From NCBI GenBank assembly GCA_023245415.1, contig JAHFKJ010000004.1, forward strand, positions 2,798 through 66,797: 64,000 nucleotides of DNA, written 5' to 3'. Below are positions 1-10,584 of the stretch, piece by piece. The notes below the pieces were generated by a model that worked only from the letters and a program-made list of their open reading frames with translations, did not search any database and was not told the DNA's origin. Positions within the stretch are counted from its first letter, which is position 1; each line of letters starts with the position of its first letter. The position numbers and the translations under genes were made by a program. This stretch comes from Candidatus Gottesmanbacteria bacterium. GTDB lineage: Bacteria > Patescibacteriota > Microgenomatia > UBA10105.

Positions 1-525
1 GACATAAGCAAAAAATGTCGCGATACCTACTACTGTCGCAGCCACAAAACCTAAAAGCAGTCCGATAAAATTCTGCATAAATGCTGAGAAAAGGGAGACA
101 CTGGCGGTAAACAAGGCAATTTCAAATCCTTCGCGGATAACCAAAAACACAATGGTCAAAAAGAGCGACATATCAAATTCTTCCTGCTGCAATTTTTGAT
201 GCGCTTTAATGAGCATCTCACCCCGGCCGCGGCGCATCACGTGGTGCAGAGAAAACACGACATAGGCGATAAATAATCCTGAAAAAATGAGCAAGTAACT
301 TTCCAAAAAATCAGCGTTTTGCTCAGTTAAGATAGTGCGCGCGTGATCTCCAAACACATATGTGCCAAAGGCAAGTAAGAGCGAAAAGATGATTCCAATT
401 GTCGCCGCCAGGTAAATTTCCACCTCTTTCTTAAGTTTAAGTTTCCTGGATATCCCTAAAAATACCCCCACAATCAGGAATGCTTCCATAAATTCCCGAA
501 AGGCGATGATAGCGGTCGTTAACAT
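1..525 (-). CDS. FTR1-family iron permease (runs off window start; not in ORF track)
   Basis: Manual translation MLTTAIIAFREFMEAFLIVG...VIREGFEIALF shows two RExxE motifs in hydrophobic helices. Confidence 0.85.
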   Translation of the reverse strand, partial: MLTTAIIAFREFMEAFLIVGVFLGISRKLKLKKEVEIYLAATIGIIFSLLLAFGTYVFGDHARTILTEQNADFLESYLLIFSGLFIAYVVFSLHHVMRRGRGEMLIKAHQKLQQEEFDMSLFLTIVFLVIREGFEIALFTASVSLFSAFMQNFIGLLLGFVAATVVGIATFFAYV

Positions 526-685
526 TATTGTTCCTTTCCCACTAAAAAACCACCATACATATGGTGGCTATATTTTAAAAATAAGAGCGGGTGCGACCCT
601 AGCAATATTACGAGCACCCTTTATGTAAAAAACAGTGTCATAAGTAATCGTGTGAATATCTACTCTTCTTATACCCTATTCCGAC

Positions 686-2617
686 TTATCCCGTCAAGAG
701 AGTAAATCCCACGATTCCCAGCAACACCAAAAACGGTGCACAGTAGACTAAATTGAGCCAAAAAGCCGGATTGGTGAGAGGCTCAATCACCTTTGACAAC
801 ATCCAGGAAATTCCAGCAATCGGCTTCGTAAACAGAGTTTTTTTATCCGGAAAATAGACAACGATGAAATCTCCTTCAGTATTGACGAGTTGAATTTCCT
901 CAGTGGGGCTGACCTTGTTTAACTCAAATTCAATGGTGTATTCTTTTCCTTTCGAGTCAAGTTGCACCGGAAAACCAAACGGGTGGTATGAACTATCAAG
1001 AATTTGATAGACTTCATAAGTACTTTTTGCGATTTCCTCACCCTGCTCATTTCGCAACCGAACGGCCAGATTCGACTCTACATATTCCGTATTAGGAACA
1101 CCCGAAATTGGTTTTTTACGGACATGAAACTGAATCATGCCCAAGTTATTTACTTTCGCGGTGAATTTTTTTTGTAGGGGTTGACCGGTGATATTTTCAA
1201 TTTGCTTTTGGTTCATATTAAAACGTTGAGCAATAGTAAAAACAGCCAGAGGCGGTTTATAGGCAATGTAGAGTAAAACGAACACCGTTATGGTAAAGGT
1301 TGCAACTAGTCTTAGGGGCGAAAATAATCTCTCTTTCACTTTAATATCATTTAATTTCTTGGTCGCTGTTGTTTTTCGCTGTCTAAAATAGGCAGCTTCA
1401 AAAGAGTGATAGATAAGCCAAGAAAGGACCAGAGATAAAGCAAAAACAGTGATGGTTAAGACGAATGCGCTTATTGGATCATCATGCGAAATAAACTTTT
1501 CGGCAATTCCAATAATAAATGAGTGGGTCAAAAAAAGAGCGTAACTGTACGTGCCAAAAAATACTAAAACCGGCGATCCAAAAAATTTACTACTCAATGT
1601 ATCTGTATCAAGTATTGTCAACAGTAGTAATGCCAAGGGAACGACCCAGATCAACTGATAGTACGGATCAAAGCTTTTCGGAAATATATCCCGGCCAAAT
1701 TCAAGACCAAAAATGATGGTAAACATGATGACAAACCAACTGGCGTGAACAATAAATTTTTTAAATGGCGTCAAAATATGCAAGAAAAACCCAGTTTCAC
1801 TCCCAATGATCACTCCAGTTACAAAATACAACATGTAATGAATTTTGATAATTTCAAAACCTAAGATACGTTCGCCTATCAAATATAGCCCCATAAAAAA
1901 CGGAAAAATGGCTATATAAATGAGTAGGTTTAACCACTTCGATATTCGGGCGCGAACCAGATTAAGAAGCGGAATAACAATAACGGGATACAAAAGATAA
2001 AAAAACATTTCTGCGGTAAGCGCCCAATATACACCATCCATTTGGCCAATATATTTTCCAAAAGATAGTGTGAGCGTCGCATTTATGAGGCCGGAAATAA
2101 GCGTACGCAGCTGCGGATTCCACAACTGCAGAAAAACCGCTGGTGGTACGCGTTGTAAAACAAACGCATACCAAAGAGCAACGCCGAGTTGAAACAACAG
2201 CCAGCCGGGTAAAACCCAGCGTTTCAACCGAGAATGATCCAACAAATTCCAGACTATGCGGGCTGCCAAAATATCGAAGACGACGATGCACAGTGCAATA
2301 AACGGCGATACTTTCCCAAACAACAAAGTAATGGTAAAACTTATGACCATGATCAAAAATGCCGGAAACAGACGCAAATATCTGCGCGTTATAAATGAAA
2401 TAAATTGTGGATTTGGGTAGAGCTTGCCCATGAAAAAGCCGGTCAGCATGAAGAAAATAAAAACGCTAATCGGGCCGGTCCCAAGCAATATATCAAGTAA
2501 AAAATGCGCGCTGCGGGGAATAACGCTGTACCAAATACTCAAGGGTAAATGTGTAAAAATGACAAAGATGATAGCTAGTCCGCGTAAACCATCAAGTGAT
2601 GTGAGCCGCTGTTTCAT
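686..2617 (-). CDS. Acyltransferase family 3 (OafA-like) membrane O-acyltransferase with C-terminal extension
   Basis: N-terminal LDGLRGLA, FFMLTGF, RRYLRLFP, YWALTAEMFFY and GTYSYALFLTH motifs. Confidence 0.85.
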   Translation of the reverse strand: MKQRLTSLDGLRGLAIIFVIFTHLPLSIWYSVIPRSAHFLLDILLGTGPISVFIFFMLTGFFMGKLYPNPQFISFITRRYLRLFPAFLIMVISFTITLLFGKVSPFIALCIVVFDILAARIVWNLLDHSRLKRWVLPGWLLFQLGVALWYAFVLQRVPPAVFLQLWNPQLRTLISGLINATLTLSFGKYIGQMDGVYWALTAEMFFYLLYPVIVIPLLNLVRARISKWLNLLIYIAIFPFFMGLYLIGERILGFEIIKIHYMLYFVTGVIIGSETGFFLHILTPFKKFIVHASWFVIMFTIIFGLEFGRDIFPKSFDPYYQLIWVVPLALLLLTILDTDTLSSKFFGSPVLVFFGTYSYALFLTHSFIIGIAEKFISHDDPISAFVLTITVFALSLVLSWLIYHSFEAAYFRQRKTTATKKLNDIKVKERLFSPLRLVATFTITVFVLLYIAYKPPLAVFTIAQRFNMNQKQIENITGQPLQKKFTAKVNNLGMIQFHVRKKPISGVPNTEYVESNLAVRLRNEQGEEIAKSTYEVYQILDSSYHPFGFPVQLDSKGKEYTIEFELNKVSPTEEIQLVNTEGDFIVVYFPDKKTLFTKPIAGISWMLSKVIEPLTNPAFWLNLVYCAPFLVLLGIVGFTLLTG

Positions 2618-2718
2618 AGTTTAGTAAACTACTAGTATAATGGATTATGTCGAGATGAATTTAAGAGAATATTTCAATTTTTCCTTGCTGAAAGTTTGAC
2701 CCCACGTATAGAATTTTT

Positions 2719-3552
2719 TTAAATCTGAAAAAAATCGTCCAACTCTCGTGCGTATTCTTTTATCTCCCCGTCTGGAATTGTTGGACTCGCATGTAAGTTT
2801 ACATACCCAGACGTATGAACGATGAACCATAATTCTCCGAATCTTGCAAAATATGTTGATTTTTTTTCTTTAGGGCTTTGCCCAAATTTTTTCATACCGG
2901 AAGGAAAATAAAGCATTTTACTATCAAAAAGACATCCTCGTTTTAAACTGCCAGTTGGTCGAATAAATAATGCCACATGAACTGGAGACCCAATAAAAAC
3001 TAATTTATCTTCCGGAATACCTCCAACGAACCCAGCTAAAGCGGCTGCTAACGTAGCTTCTTCTGCACATTGGAGCGGTGGTAAACCTTTGAAAGAATCT
3101 TGTAGCACCAGACTTTCTTCAAGAGAACCATTTTTACTCCCAACAAGTCGATTAAGGTTCCAATCTATTTGCCATTGCAATCCAACGTCAATCAAGTTAC
3201 GTGCCGAACAAGCTGCATAAACACTGTTAAAAGTGTCACTAATCAATTCAAGCGTATAAGGAACATTAGTAAAATTCAGGTATCCATAAAGCCCGGCTCT
3301 TTCTATGTGAGTCATATGGTGGGTACTATCGTGCAAATACTGCTGAACTGATGTGAGTCGGGTCTTAAGTCCAGCGGTTGGACTACTTTTCTGTAATAGT
3401 TTTTGTGCAAGTTCTTGCACATAAGTATTCGCTGTTTGCATCTGATACAGTTGCTTTATCCACGGCGGATGCGCGCCGAAATCTAAATAATGCAAACTGT
3501 GATCTGGGTATGGGTATGTTTTTACGGGTAATCTTTCTGTCACATAGAGCAT
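2719..3552 (-). CDS. Hypothetical protein, possibly transglutaminase-like
   Basis: 277-aa ORF; QCAEEATL...HVAL...FD could be a Cys-His-Asp triad (weak). Confidence 0.45.
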   Translation of the reverse strand: MLYVTERLPVKTYPYPDHSLHYLDFGAHPPWIKQLYQMQTANTYVQELAQKLLQKSSPTAGLKTRLTSVQQYLHDSTHHMTHIERAGLYGYLNFTNVPYTLELISDTFNSVYAACSARNLIDVGLQWQIDWNLNRLVGSKNGSLEESLVLQDSFKGLPPLQCAEEATLAAALAGFVGGIPEDKLVFIGSPVHVALFIRPTGSLKRGCLFDSKMLYFPSGMKKFGQSPKEKKSTYFARFGELWFIVHTSGYVNLHASPTIPDGEIKEYARELDDFFQI

Positions 3553-3628
3553 TATATATTAGTATTTGCACTTTAGACGGCACGAAATCACTCAACACAA
3601 TCGGATTTATTGGTCATATAATTACCAT

Positions 3629-4464
3629 ATGAATGAAACTGTTTTTGATGAAATCACATCCACACGAAAAAGTGTTTTAATAGTTGGTCGCACAGGTTTC
3701 ATAAGGAGGAAAAACAAGACATGGTAATAATCTAGCTTTCTATACAACCACAAATGAGCGAGAAATTGACCCTGAGATTCTCAAAAAACTTTTTTCAGGC
3801 AAGACGCCAATTAATTTACCATCGCCAAAAGAACTTAAAATTGATGACAAAACCCAATCTGTGAAAGTAGATCACATTGATCAGTTGATTGGACATGATG
3901 TTTACGTTGATTCTCATCAGAACCCCTTTCTCTTGATTCCAATAGAAGAAGTTTATCTGGCAAAACTAAATTAACAATATTCGCTTCCACAATCGACTTT
4001 TATAGAGTCTGATGGCATTCAAACTGAAGTTAAGATCAAATATATGCCGATAAAAAAGAACTTGCGTCCATGCTTGAATTACTGAATGCTCCATACATTA
4101 ATGGAAAAGCATATATTGGCCCGATTTTAGGAACACTGATCGGATCATATATCGAAGCGGTAAAAAAGGTGAAAATCCTGATAGTGTGACATACAAGCTT
4201 CAAGAACAAATATTAAAAGAACATTTTACTCCGTTTCCACAAGGTTTCGAATCGAAGAGCGATGTGAGTGATAACGGTAGACTTACCTTTCATCAAAGTA
4301 ATTTTTTTACTTCTCTTTTGCCTCAATTTAAAGAATATACGGATAAAGCATTGAGCCTGCTGCAAGGCGTATCAGGAATAGAAGTACTATCAACTGAGGT
4401 GCCTGCAACTACCTCGGTTTATTTCAAAGCAGGATTGAAGTGTAAAATTAACTTTATTAGTTAA
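3629..4464 (+). pseudogene. Fragmented gene remnant
   Basis: ATG 3629 gives MNETVFDEITSTRKSVLIVGRTG (P-loop-like start), then frameshifts and stops; further open fragments include ORF 4186-4464. Confidence 0.4.
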
Positions 4465-4555
4465 CCTAAGTTACGAAATTAAACATGACGTTTCGGTTCA
4501 TCCCGACAAATATAGCCAAGGATGTATCAAGACGGTACGTCCAGAATCGTATGAC

Positions 4556-4571
4556 ACACCCCGGGGGTGGG
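4556..4571. repeat. REP-like palindrome CACACCCCGGGGGTGG
   Basis: Related to TCTACCCCCGAGGTGG (18087, 18117) and CACCCGGGGGGTGG (27575). Confidence 0.5.
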
Positions 4572-4578
4572 TTTGTTG

Positions 4579-6534
4579 TTAGTTTGACCGGATGCAGTAA
4601 TTGTAGTCAGGAGATGGCGGAGTAATATTGCTGCAGGCAGAAGTGGAATGCAGTATGGTATCCTGGTCACTCGAATTTTCAAGCTGAGCCCAAAGGATAA
4701 AATTCGTGCGATCTGGCGGGACGACATAGCAATAAACATGTTTTTTGTTACCGCAAGTGGTGGAAATACCAGGTGGCTGCACTCCTCCAGGCAGACTTGG
4801 TTCAGGAGAAGATCCTGACACAGGAGATGGACTAACTTCAGGCATTATAACTTCACACTTATCAGTGACTGTCTGCTGGATAGTATTAATTGTTAAGGAA
4901 ACTGCATTAGTAGTAAATGTTCGCGCCACTACGGCCAGAGATAAATCCTGAACCGGAGTTGTATCAGATGAAACTGAGAGCGTAATATTAATCATATCTG
5001 AACAGTTATCTAAATTCCCATTTGCATCTGTATTAAGGACGAACGCATCATATGAATCCAGTAAACCGGTGTTATTATTCAAAGTGTGATTGCCTGCAGC
5101 CAAAATATGGCCGTTGGGAGTTACGATAACTGATCTAATTTCACCGGTCAAACTAATAGCTTTTCCCCAGATTAGATCACCTTGGTTGTTTAACTTTACT
5201 ATGGCTGGATTGACTCCATTTGCACCGGCTAAAATTACTCCGTCACTAGCACTTGAAAGTACCTCACTAAGTCCTCCTGCACCAAAGAGACCGCTTTCAT
5301 TAATCTTTACAATTTTCGACCAGAGTAAATTACCGCTTAAATCAAATTTAACTATCTGTTTATCATAACCCGAACCGTTATTATAAAGGCCGCCTATGAT
5401 AAAACCATCGCTCAAACTTATTACCGATGGTTCTATTTGAGCTCCCTGTTGAGGTAATAGTTTTGCCCAGACAATATTGCCAGAATCGTCAAATTTCATA
5501 ACTGCAAAATCATTAACGGTACCCGTACTTGCGCTTAATGAAGAAATCGCATGAATTCCGGCTATAATACCGCCGTCAGATGTTTGTGCAAGACTATTTA
5601 TGGATTCTTGTACAGGACTATCAGCTGTTTTAACCCAGACCTGATTTCCAAAACTATCAAATTTTGACAGCAAGGCAGCCCCTCTTGCGACATTATAGGC
5701 AGTGGTTTGCCCACCTATGACAAATCCTCCGTCATTCGTTGCTATCACTGTACTTGCTCTATCACCAGTACAGCTGTAATTCCCTGTGGTTTTTGACCAA
5801 ATTAAATTACCCAGGTTATCTAACTTAGCTATAAATATACCATAGGAACAGATCAATGAACTGCTTAATCCCCCTACCACCACATATCCGCCATCTGTTG
5901 TTTGGGCTATACCTGGGACAGTCAAATACCCGGTTGCATAATCTAAAGTTTTGGACCAAATGACCTTCCCCGCAGCAGTAAACTTGGTAATTAAAAATCT
6001 ACTTTTATGAATACCATAAGAATTGGTTTCATTAATGGTTATAAAACCGCCATCTGAAGTGGGTTTGATTTTATTGCGTGTTTCCTGTTGATCTCCTCCA
6101 TAAAACTTCAAAAAACCAATACTGCCAGTTTCTGTGGCCTTTGCCAAAGAAATAATATTCTGTGGTCTCTCCAAAATCAAGATGGCAGTCATTTTTTCAT
6201 TTAGATTAGCTTGACGCGGATCTTTAGGTTGGGTCCGTAAATATTGATCTAATAATCCCGGTATCCAATTTATACCGCTGTCTGAACTAAACTCTGTAGC
6301 TGTTGAAATCGCGGGTAGCGGTGGAAATGCTCCATGATCCAGGTAATAAACTATCAGCGCGTTGTGTATCCCTTGCAAATTACTCTTACGAACCGCGTCA
6401 TAACCTTTGGCAATTTGAGTATTGACGCGTATTAAAACTGCTATTGCAAGTAAACCCAGTAGCGTGAGTACGATGAGAATCTCGATTAATGTAAACCCTT
6501 GAAGACTATATCGACTGGTTTTATAAAGTTTCAT
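4579..6534 (-). CDS. Type IV pilin/pseudopilin with a large internal beta-propeller-like repeat region
   Basis: GFTLIE prepilin cleavage motif and hydrophobic helix; repeats T-x-DGG...K-x-D-x-x-GN-x-x-W; start moved to ATG 6534. Confidence 0.75.
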   Translation of the reverse strand: MKLYKTSRYSLQGFTLIEILIVLTLLGLLAIAVLIRVNTQIAKGYDAVRKSNLQGIHNALIVYYLDHGAFPPLPAISTATEFSSDSGINWIPGLLDQYLRTQPKDPRQANLNEKMTAILILERPQNIISLAKATETGSIGFLKFYGGDQQETRNKIKPTSDGGFITINETNSYGIHKSRFLITKFTAAGKVIWSKTLDYATGYLTVPGIAQTTDGGYVVVGGLSSSLICSYGIFIAKLDNLGNLIWSKTTGNYSCTGDRASTVIATNDGGFVIGGQTTAYNVARGAALLSKFDSFGNQVWVKTADSPVQESINSLAQTSDGGIIAGIHAISSLSASTGTVNDFAVMKFDDSGNIVWAKLLPQQGAQIEPSVISLSDGFIIGGLYNNGSGYDKQIVKFDLSGNLLWSKIVKINESGLFGAGGLSEVLSSASDGVILAGANGVNPAIVKLNNQGDLIWGKAISLTGEIRSVIVTPNGHILAAGNHTLNNNTGLLDSYDAFVLNTDANGNLDNCSDMINITLSVSSDTTPVQDLSLAVVARTFTTNAVSLTINTIQQTVTDKCEVIMPEVSPSPVSGSSPEPSLPGGVQPPGISTTCGNKKHVYCYVVPPDRTNFILWAQLENSSDQDTILHSTSACSNITPPSPDYNYCIRSN

Positions 6535-6824
6535 TTTCAAAAATTGCAATATTTTTACTGCATATTTTTGGCTATTTCATGTAATTAGAGTACCATAAAA
6601 AAAGTACTTATGTACAGGTAAAGATGGAAAAATGCTTCTCATGCTCTTAGTACTCTGATGTATAGAATATTTTGTTGAGCTAAAAGAAGAAAAACAGCAG
6701 GAATCACCACAAATCTAACTTTTTTCATGCGTTCAAGTATAGCAAATGTTTAATTTCACTTTTAGAAGGCTCTAGACTAGAATAATATAATCCGGAATAA
6801 CTGACAATATTATATAATAATTGC

Positions 6825-7553
6825 ATGCTTCCAAAATACCTGAATTTTCTAGAAAAACCATCAGAGCAGGAATTTTTTACAAGATTTTCTGCAATTTATA
6901 GCAGAGACAATAACGGCAATGCTGTCGCAATAGAATTAGAGTCTAATAGGTTGTTTAATAAGCTAATAAACAAATTACGTAAAGATGAATTATTTTTCTG
7001 CGATAAAATTCTAATCGGAGAAACCCTGGAAACAGCAATTACAAGATCATTACGCAGCGAACTTGGATTAGAGCTTGTTGATTATTACTTATCAGTATTT
7101 GACCGTGACGTGATAAAAAATAAGAAAGGTATCCCGGTAACGAGATTTTCTGTATTCACATATGTTGACTATGTGAAATTAAAAAATATTGTTATTGCAG
7201 GATACAAAGTTAAGTGGATTGAGAGATTGGATGCTCTAAAATGGTTGAGAGAAACCTATTTAACTACCTTTGGAAAAAGTTCATCGATAAAAAAGGATGG
7301 TATCTTGTCTTTTGTAAAAGATCTGTATACAGCAGGTGCGATTGATATCAATATCTATGAATTATACCGTGAAGAGGAAGCAACAATAGACAATCCACTC
7401 AAACCAGATTATTTAGATATAAGATTGCCAAAAAACAAATCAATGAGAAAAACAATTTTCAGTATATTCAATAAAGGGATTCTGAATTTAACATCAACAC
7501 GTAAAGAAGAAGTAGACTCAGATCAGAAAACTATTCAATATTATTGGAATTAA
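6825..7553 (+). CDS. Hypothetical protein with degenerate NUDIX-like segment
   Basis: GETLETAITRSLRSELGL resembles a Nudix box lacking key Glu residues. Confidence 0.5.
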   Translation: MLPKYLNFLEKPSEQEFFTRFSAIYSRDNNGNAVAIELESNRLFNKLINKLRKDELFFCDKILIGETLETAITRSLRSELGLELVDYYLSVFDRDVIKNKKGIPVTRFSVFTYVDYVKLKNIVIAGYKVKWIERLDALKWLRETYLTTFGKSSSIKKDGILSFVKDLYTAGAIDINIYELYREEEATIDNPLKPDYLDIRLPKNKSMRKTIFSIFNKGILNLTSTRKEEVDSDQKTIQYYWN

Positions 7554-7599
7554 GTCGATTTAAGCATCAAAATATGCTATCAAAATAGTCTCAATCGAC

Positions 7600-8097
7600 T
7601 TACTGATGAGAGTATTTGAATCTCCTAATAATCGATTTTTGGTCTGGAGGAAATTTCGCTACTAAATCTTTGATCGCACGTTTTTGAACAGGGTGAATAT
7701 AATTTGGATTTAACTCGTGAAGCGGAATGAGCACGAAATCCCGCTCATGTAAGCGTGAATGTGGAATTTCAAGACTTTCGTTGGCAACAACTAGATCGTC
7801 GTAAAAAAGTATATCGATATCTGTTTCGCGCGGTCCCCAGTGAAAACGTGGAGTTCTGCCAATTCTTTTCTCGATATCTTTGATAAAAACAAGTAGTTCA
7901 TCCGGCGTTAATTTGGTTTATCCCCAAACAACGGTATTGAGAAAATTAGCCTGATTGGTATATCCCACTGCTTTTGATTCATAGATGGAGGCTTTTTGCA
8001 GACGCGGCACTTTTTTAGAAAGAAGTTTGATTGCAGTTTTTATATACTTCTCTCTATTACCAACATTTGATCCCAAGCCTAAAAAAATACTCTTCAT
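7600..8097 (-). pseudogene. folK: HPPK (2-amino-4-hydroxy-6-hydroxymethyldihydropteridine diphosphokinase) with an internal stop
   Basis: MKSIFLGLGSNVG...FLN...WGPRETDIDIL...IPHSRLHERDFVL; in-frame TAA at codon 60 (7918-7920); overlaps the folP stop. Confidence 0.9.
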
Positions 8098-8921
8098 ATC
8101 AATTCTTCAAAAACTGAAATAAACTTTTTTGTTTGCAACACATCATGAGTTCTTATGTACGTTGCTCCATTGATAAGGGCAATCGCCGTTTCTGCTAACG
8201 TTGTTTCAAGTCGCTCTAAAGGCGGCACGATTTCCGGCAAATTAAGTTTTACTTTCAAAATCATCCCCAAATGGCTTTTTCGAGAAAGTCCGACCATAAC
8301 CGGACAGTTTAATTTTTGGAATTGACGCAGTTCTTTTATGATGGTTATATTTTGTTGAACTGTTTTTCCAAACCCGATCCCCGGATCTAGAATAAACTGA
8401 CTTTTCTGAATGCCTTTTTTTACGCCTTGTGACATTTGACCCTGGAAAAATTCACCGATATCACCGACTACATTTTTATACTTAATTTCTCCCTTCTGCA
8501 TGGTCCGGGACTTACCTTTAATGTGGTAGATAATAAATTTGCAGTTAAACTTTTTGACAACATCTGCCATTTTAGGATCAAACAACAGCCCTCCTAAGCT
8601 ATTGACCATAGTTACCCCGCGTTCAAGTGCGTTTTGGGCAACAACTGCTTTATTGGTATCGACTGAGATAGTGACTGAGTTTCCGATTTCTTTTCTAATC
8701 GCGTCGATCACGGGAATTACTCGTACCAACTCTTCTTGGGCCGAAACTCCCGTTGAGCCCGGACGTGTCGAATCTCCACCGACATCAATAATGTCTGCCC
8801 CTTCACGCACCATCTCTTTCGCTTGAGCCACTGCTTTATCTATATTTTGATAGTAGATACCGCCATCAGAAAATGAATCGGGGGTAACATTCAAAATACC
8901 CATAAGAAATACTTTTTTCAT
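8094..8921 (-). CDS. folP: Dihydropteroate synthase
   Basis: MGILNVTPDSFSDGG, DVGGDSTRPG, DPGIGFGK, SRKS and RTHDV motifs. Confidence 0.95.
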   Translation of the reverse strand: MKKVFLMGILNVTPDSFSDGGIYYQNIDKAVAQAKEMVREGADIIDVGGDSTRPGSTGVSAQEELVRVIPVIDAIRKEIGNSVTISVDTNKAVVAQNALERGVTMVNSLGGLLFDPKMADVVKKFNCKFIIYHIKGKSRTMQKGEIKYKNVVGDIGEFFQGQMSQGVKKGIQKSQFILDPGIGFGKTVQQNITIIKELRQFQKLNCPVMVGLSRKSHLGMILKVKLNLPEIVPPLERLETTLAETAIALINGATYIRTHDVLQTKKFISVFEELI

Positions 8922-9072
8922 GCGTTAAAGCATAGCAAACACTGTAATCGCGTACATTGTAAAAAATGCAAGTTGTGTGCACACTCTCCAGTATAAAATT
9001 TTGCTTTGATAGGCTCTACGGGCTTTTATATCCAGTATTACCGCCGACACTAAACTTATCTATCTATCCCGG

Positions 9073-9321
9073 TTGTACATTGCGCTCATGGATGAAACAA
9101 ATCACACGTTTTGGCTTGCAGATGCAGTTGCAGAAATTGCCGAATACCGACACTCTATCCTTATGAAATTTATAGCAATGTTAGAACGAATTTTCATAGT
9201 TTCGCGTGTATCACCCCGAGGAAAAACTAAACAATTATTAAAAGATTATGATCTTAGGGACGAACAAGAAGCAAGAGAAAGACTCCCCGGTAAATGTGCT
9301 GAGTGTCATTTTGGGGGATAA
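9073..9321 (+). CDS. Hypothetical protein (possibly partial)
   Basis: 82-aa ORF ending in CxxC. Confidence 0.3.
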   Translation: MYIALMDETNHTFWLADAVAEIAEYRHSILMKFIAMLERIFIVSRVSPRGKTKQLLKDYDLRDEQEARERLPGKCAECHFGG

Positions 9322-9395
9322 TCACAGAAAACAGAAGGTTGTGCGATTTTGTCTGTTTAGTATTATTGAGGAAATCTTATTCATTGCTTGATTTT

Positions 9396-9665
9396 TTAGG
9401 ACTTAGTTAGCTGAAGCTTTTCCATCAACCACATCCGGGCAAGCGTCGAAACATTGAGCCCTTTATTGCGAGCTACCTTTTCTAATCTATCCTTAATCTC
9501 CTTTTGGACACGCAAGATGAGCGTTTCGTCTCTGGGTTTGTCAAGTTCGAAAACGATATCAACTTCTTTTGTCTCATCTTCAAAGTCAGTAACATTATGG
9601 GTATCCCAAAACTTGGCTTCATCAGTGTAATTTTTAAATTTAGGAATTCTACTTTTCTTTTTCAT
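9396..9665 (-). CDS. CopG/BrnA-like antitoxin
   Basis: IPKFKNYTDEAKFWDTH N-terminus and RHH-like C-terminus; overlaps upstream toxin. Confidence 0.8.
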   Translation of the reverse strand: MKKKSRIPKFKNYTDEAKFWDTHNVTDFEDETKEVDIVFELDKPRDETLILRVQKEIKDRLEKVARNKGLNVSTLARMWLMEKLQLTKS

Positions 9666-9924
9666 TTAAATCTCTCCTTTCCTTTTTACTCGCATCTCTT
9701 GCGGTAACTAAATAATATTTCCCCATTGTTTCTTTTCTAAATACCATTGTAATAATCCTTGAACCAACTCTTCCCACTACTAGATATCTTCCTGTATGAG
9801 TTTTCCTATGATAAAGAAAGTCTTTTCCGATTTTCTCGACCTCAACTCTAGTAACATTATGTTTTTTAATATGCTCAAGATTAGTCTCATCAAAGACCAA
9901 AAAACGAATAACGATCTTAGTCAT
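9649..9924 (-). CDS. BrnT-family toxin
   Basis: FDETNLEHIKKHNVT...VTARDASKKERR pattern. Confidence 0.8.
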   Translation of the reverse strand: MTKIVIRFLVFDETNLEHIKKHNVTRVEVEKIGKDFLYHRKTHTGRYLVVGRVGSRIITMVFRKETMGKYYLVTARDASKKERRDLNEKEK

Positions 9925-9957
9925 ATTGTATTATACTGTATTACTAATGCCAAATAT

Positions 9958-10584
9958 TTAACTGTTTACATGTAGATCTACAAACTGTAATAAGCTTTCT
10001 TTTGCTTTATGCATAATCATTTCATAATGAAACGGGAGGGCGTTTTCAAAATCATATTTCAGCAATTTTTTACAGCTTACAAAACGCTCTTTTAAATCAC
10101 CATAAAAGTCACCAGCGCCTTTCAAGAAATCATTTATCTCACCATTGGGCAGTCCGCCAAACGTATCACCGGTAAATAATGCTTTAGAAGTTGATTCACA
10201 TACACAAATACTACCTGGTGTATGACCCGGAGTTAAAATCACTTCGAGGTTAGGAGCCAGTTTTGGCGGTCGAACAAATAATACATCAGGTCGCATCCGC
10301 AGCCACTCACTATTTTTATCAGCTTGATGCAGGTATACTTTGAGGCCAATCTTTTGCTGCCAAATTGTGCCGTCACTGATGCCACATGAACCATGACTAA
10401 GAAGTGCAAACATTGGCTTTTTGAAAGAAGATAAATATTTTTCAATCTCTTTGGAGTATGAAGGCAAATCAATCAGCACTAGCTTTTGCGCAGTATCAAC
10501 CACATAAGTACCAACTAATTCACTATAAAAATACTGATCCGCAAATCGGGATATTTTTGCATTAATCTTCTTTACTAATGTCAT
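9958..10584 (-). CDS. Metallo-beta-lactamase-fold hydrolase
   Basis: TPGHTPGS, LFTGD and LPFH motifs; first HxHxDH motif degenerate (SHGSCG). Confidence 0.75.
   Translation of the reverse strand: MTLVKKINAKISRFADQYFYSELVGTYVVDTAQKLVLIDLPSYSKEIEKYLSSFKKPMFALLSHGSCGISDGTIWQQKIGLKVYLHQADKNSEWLRMRPDVLFVRPPKLAPNLEVILTPGHTPGSICVCESTSKALFTGDTFGGLPNGEINDFLKGAGDFYGDLKERFVSCKKLLKYDFENALPFHYEMIMHKAKESLLQFVDLHVNS

Noticed and set aside
7918-7920. Stop-codon reassignment explaining the folK and terminase stops
   Set aside because: TAA, TAG and TGA all terminate conserved genes in this window, and the internal stops are isolated.
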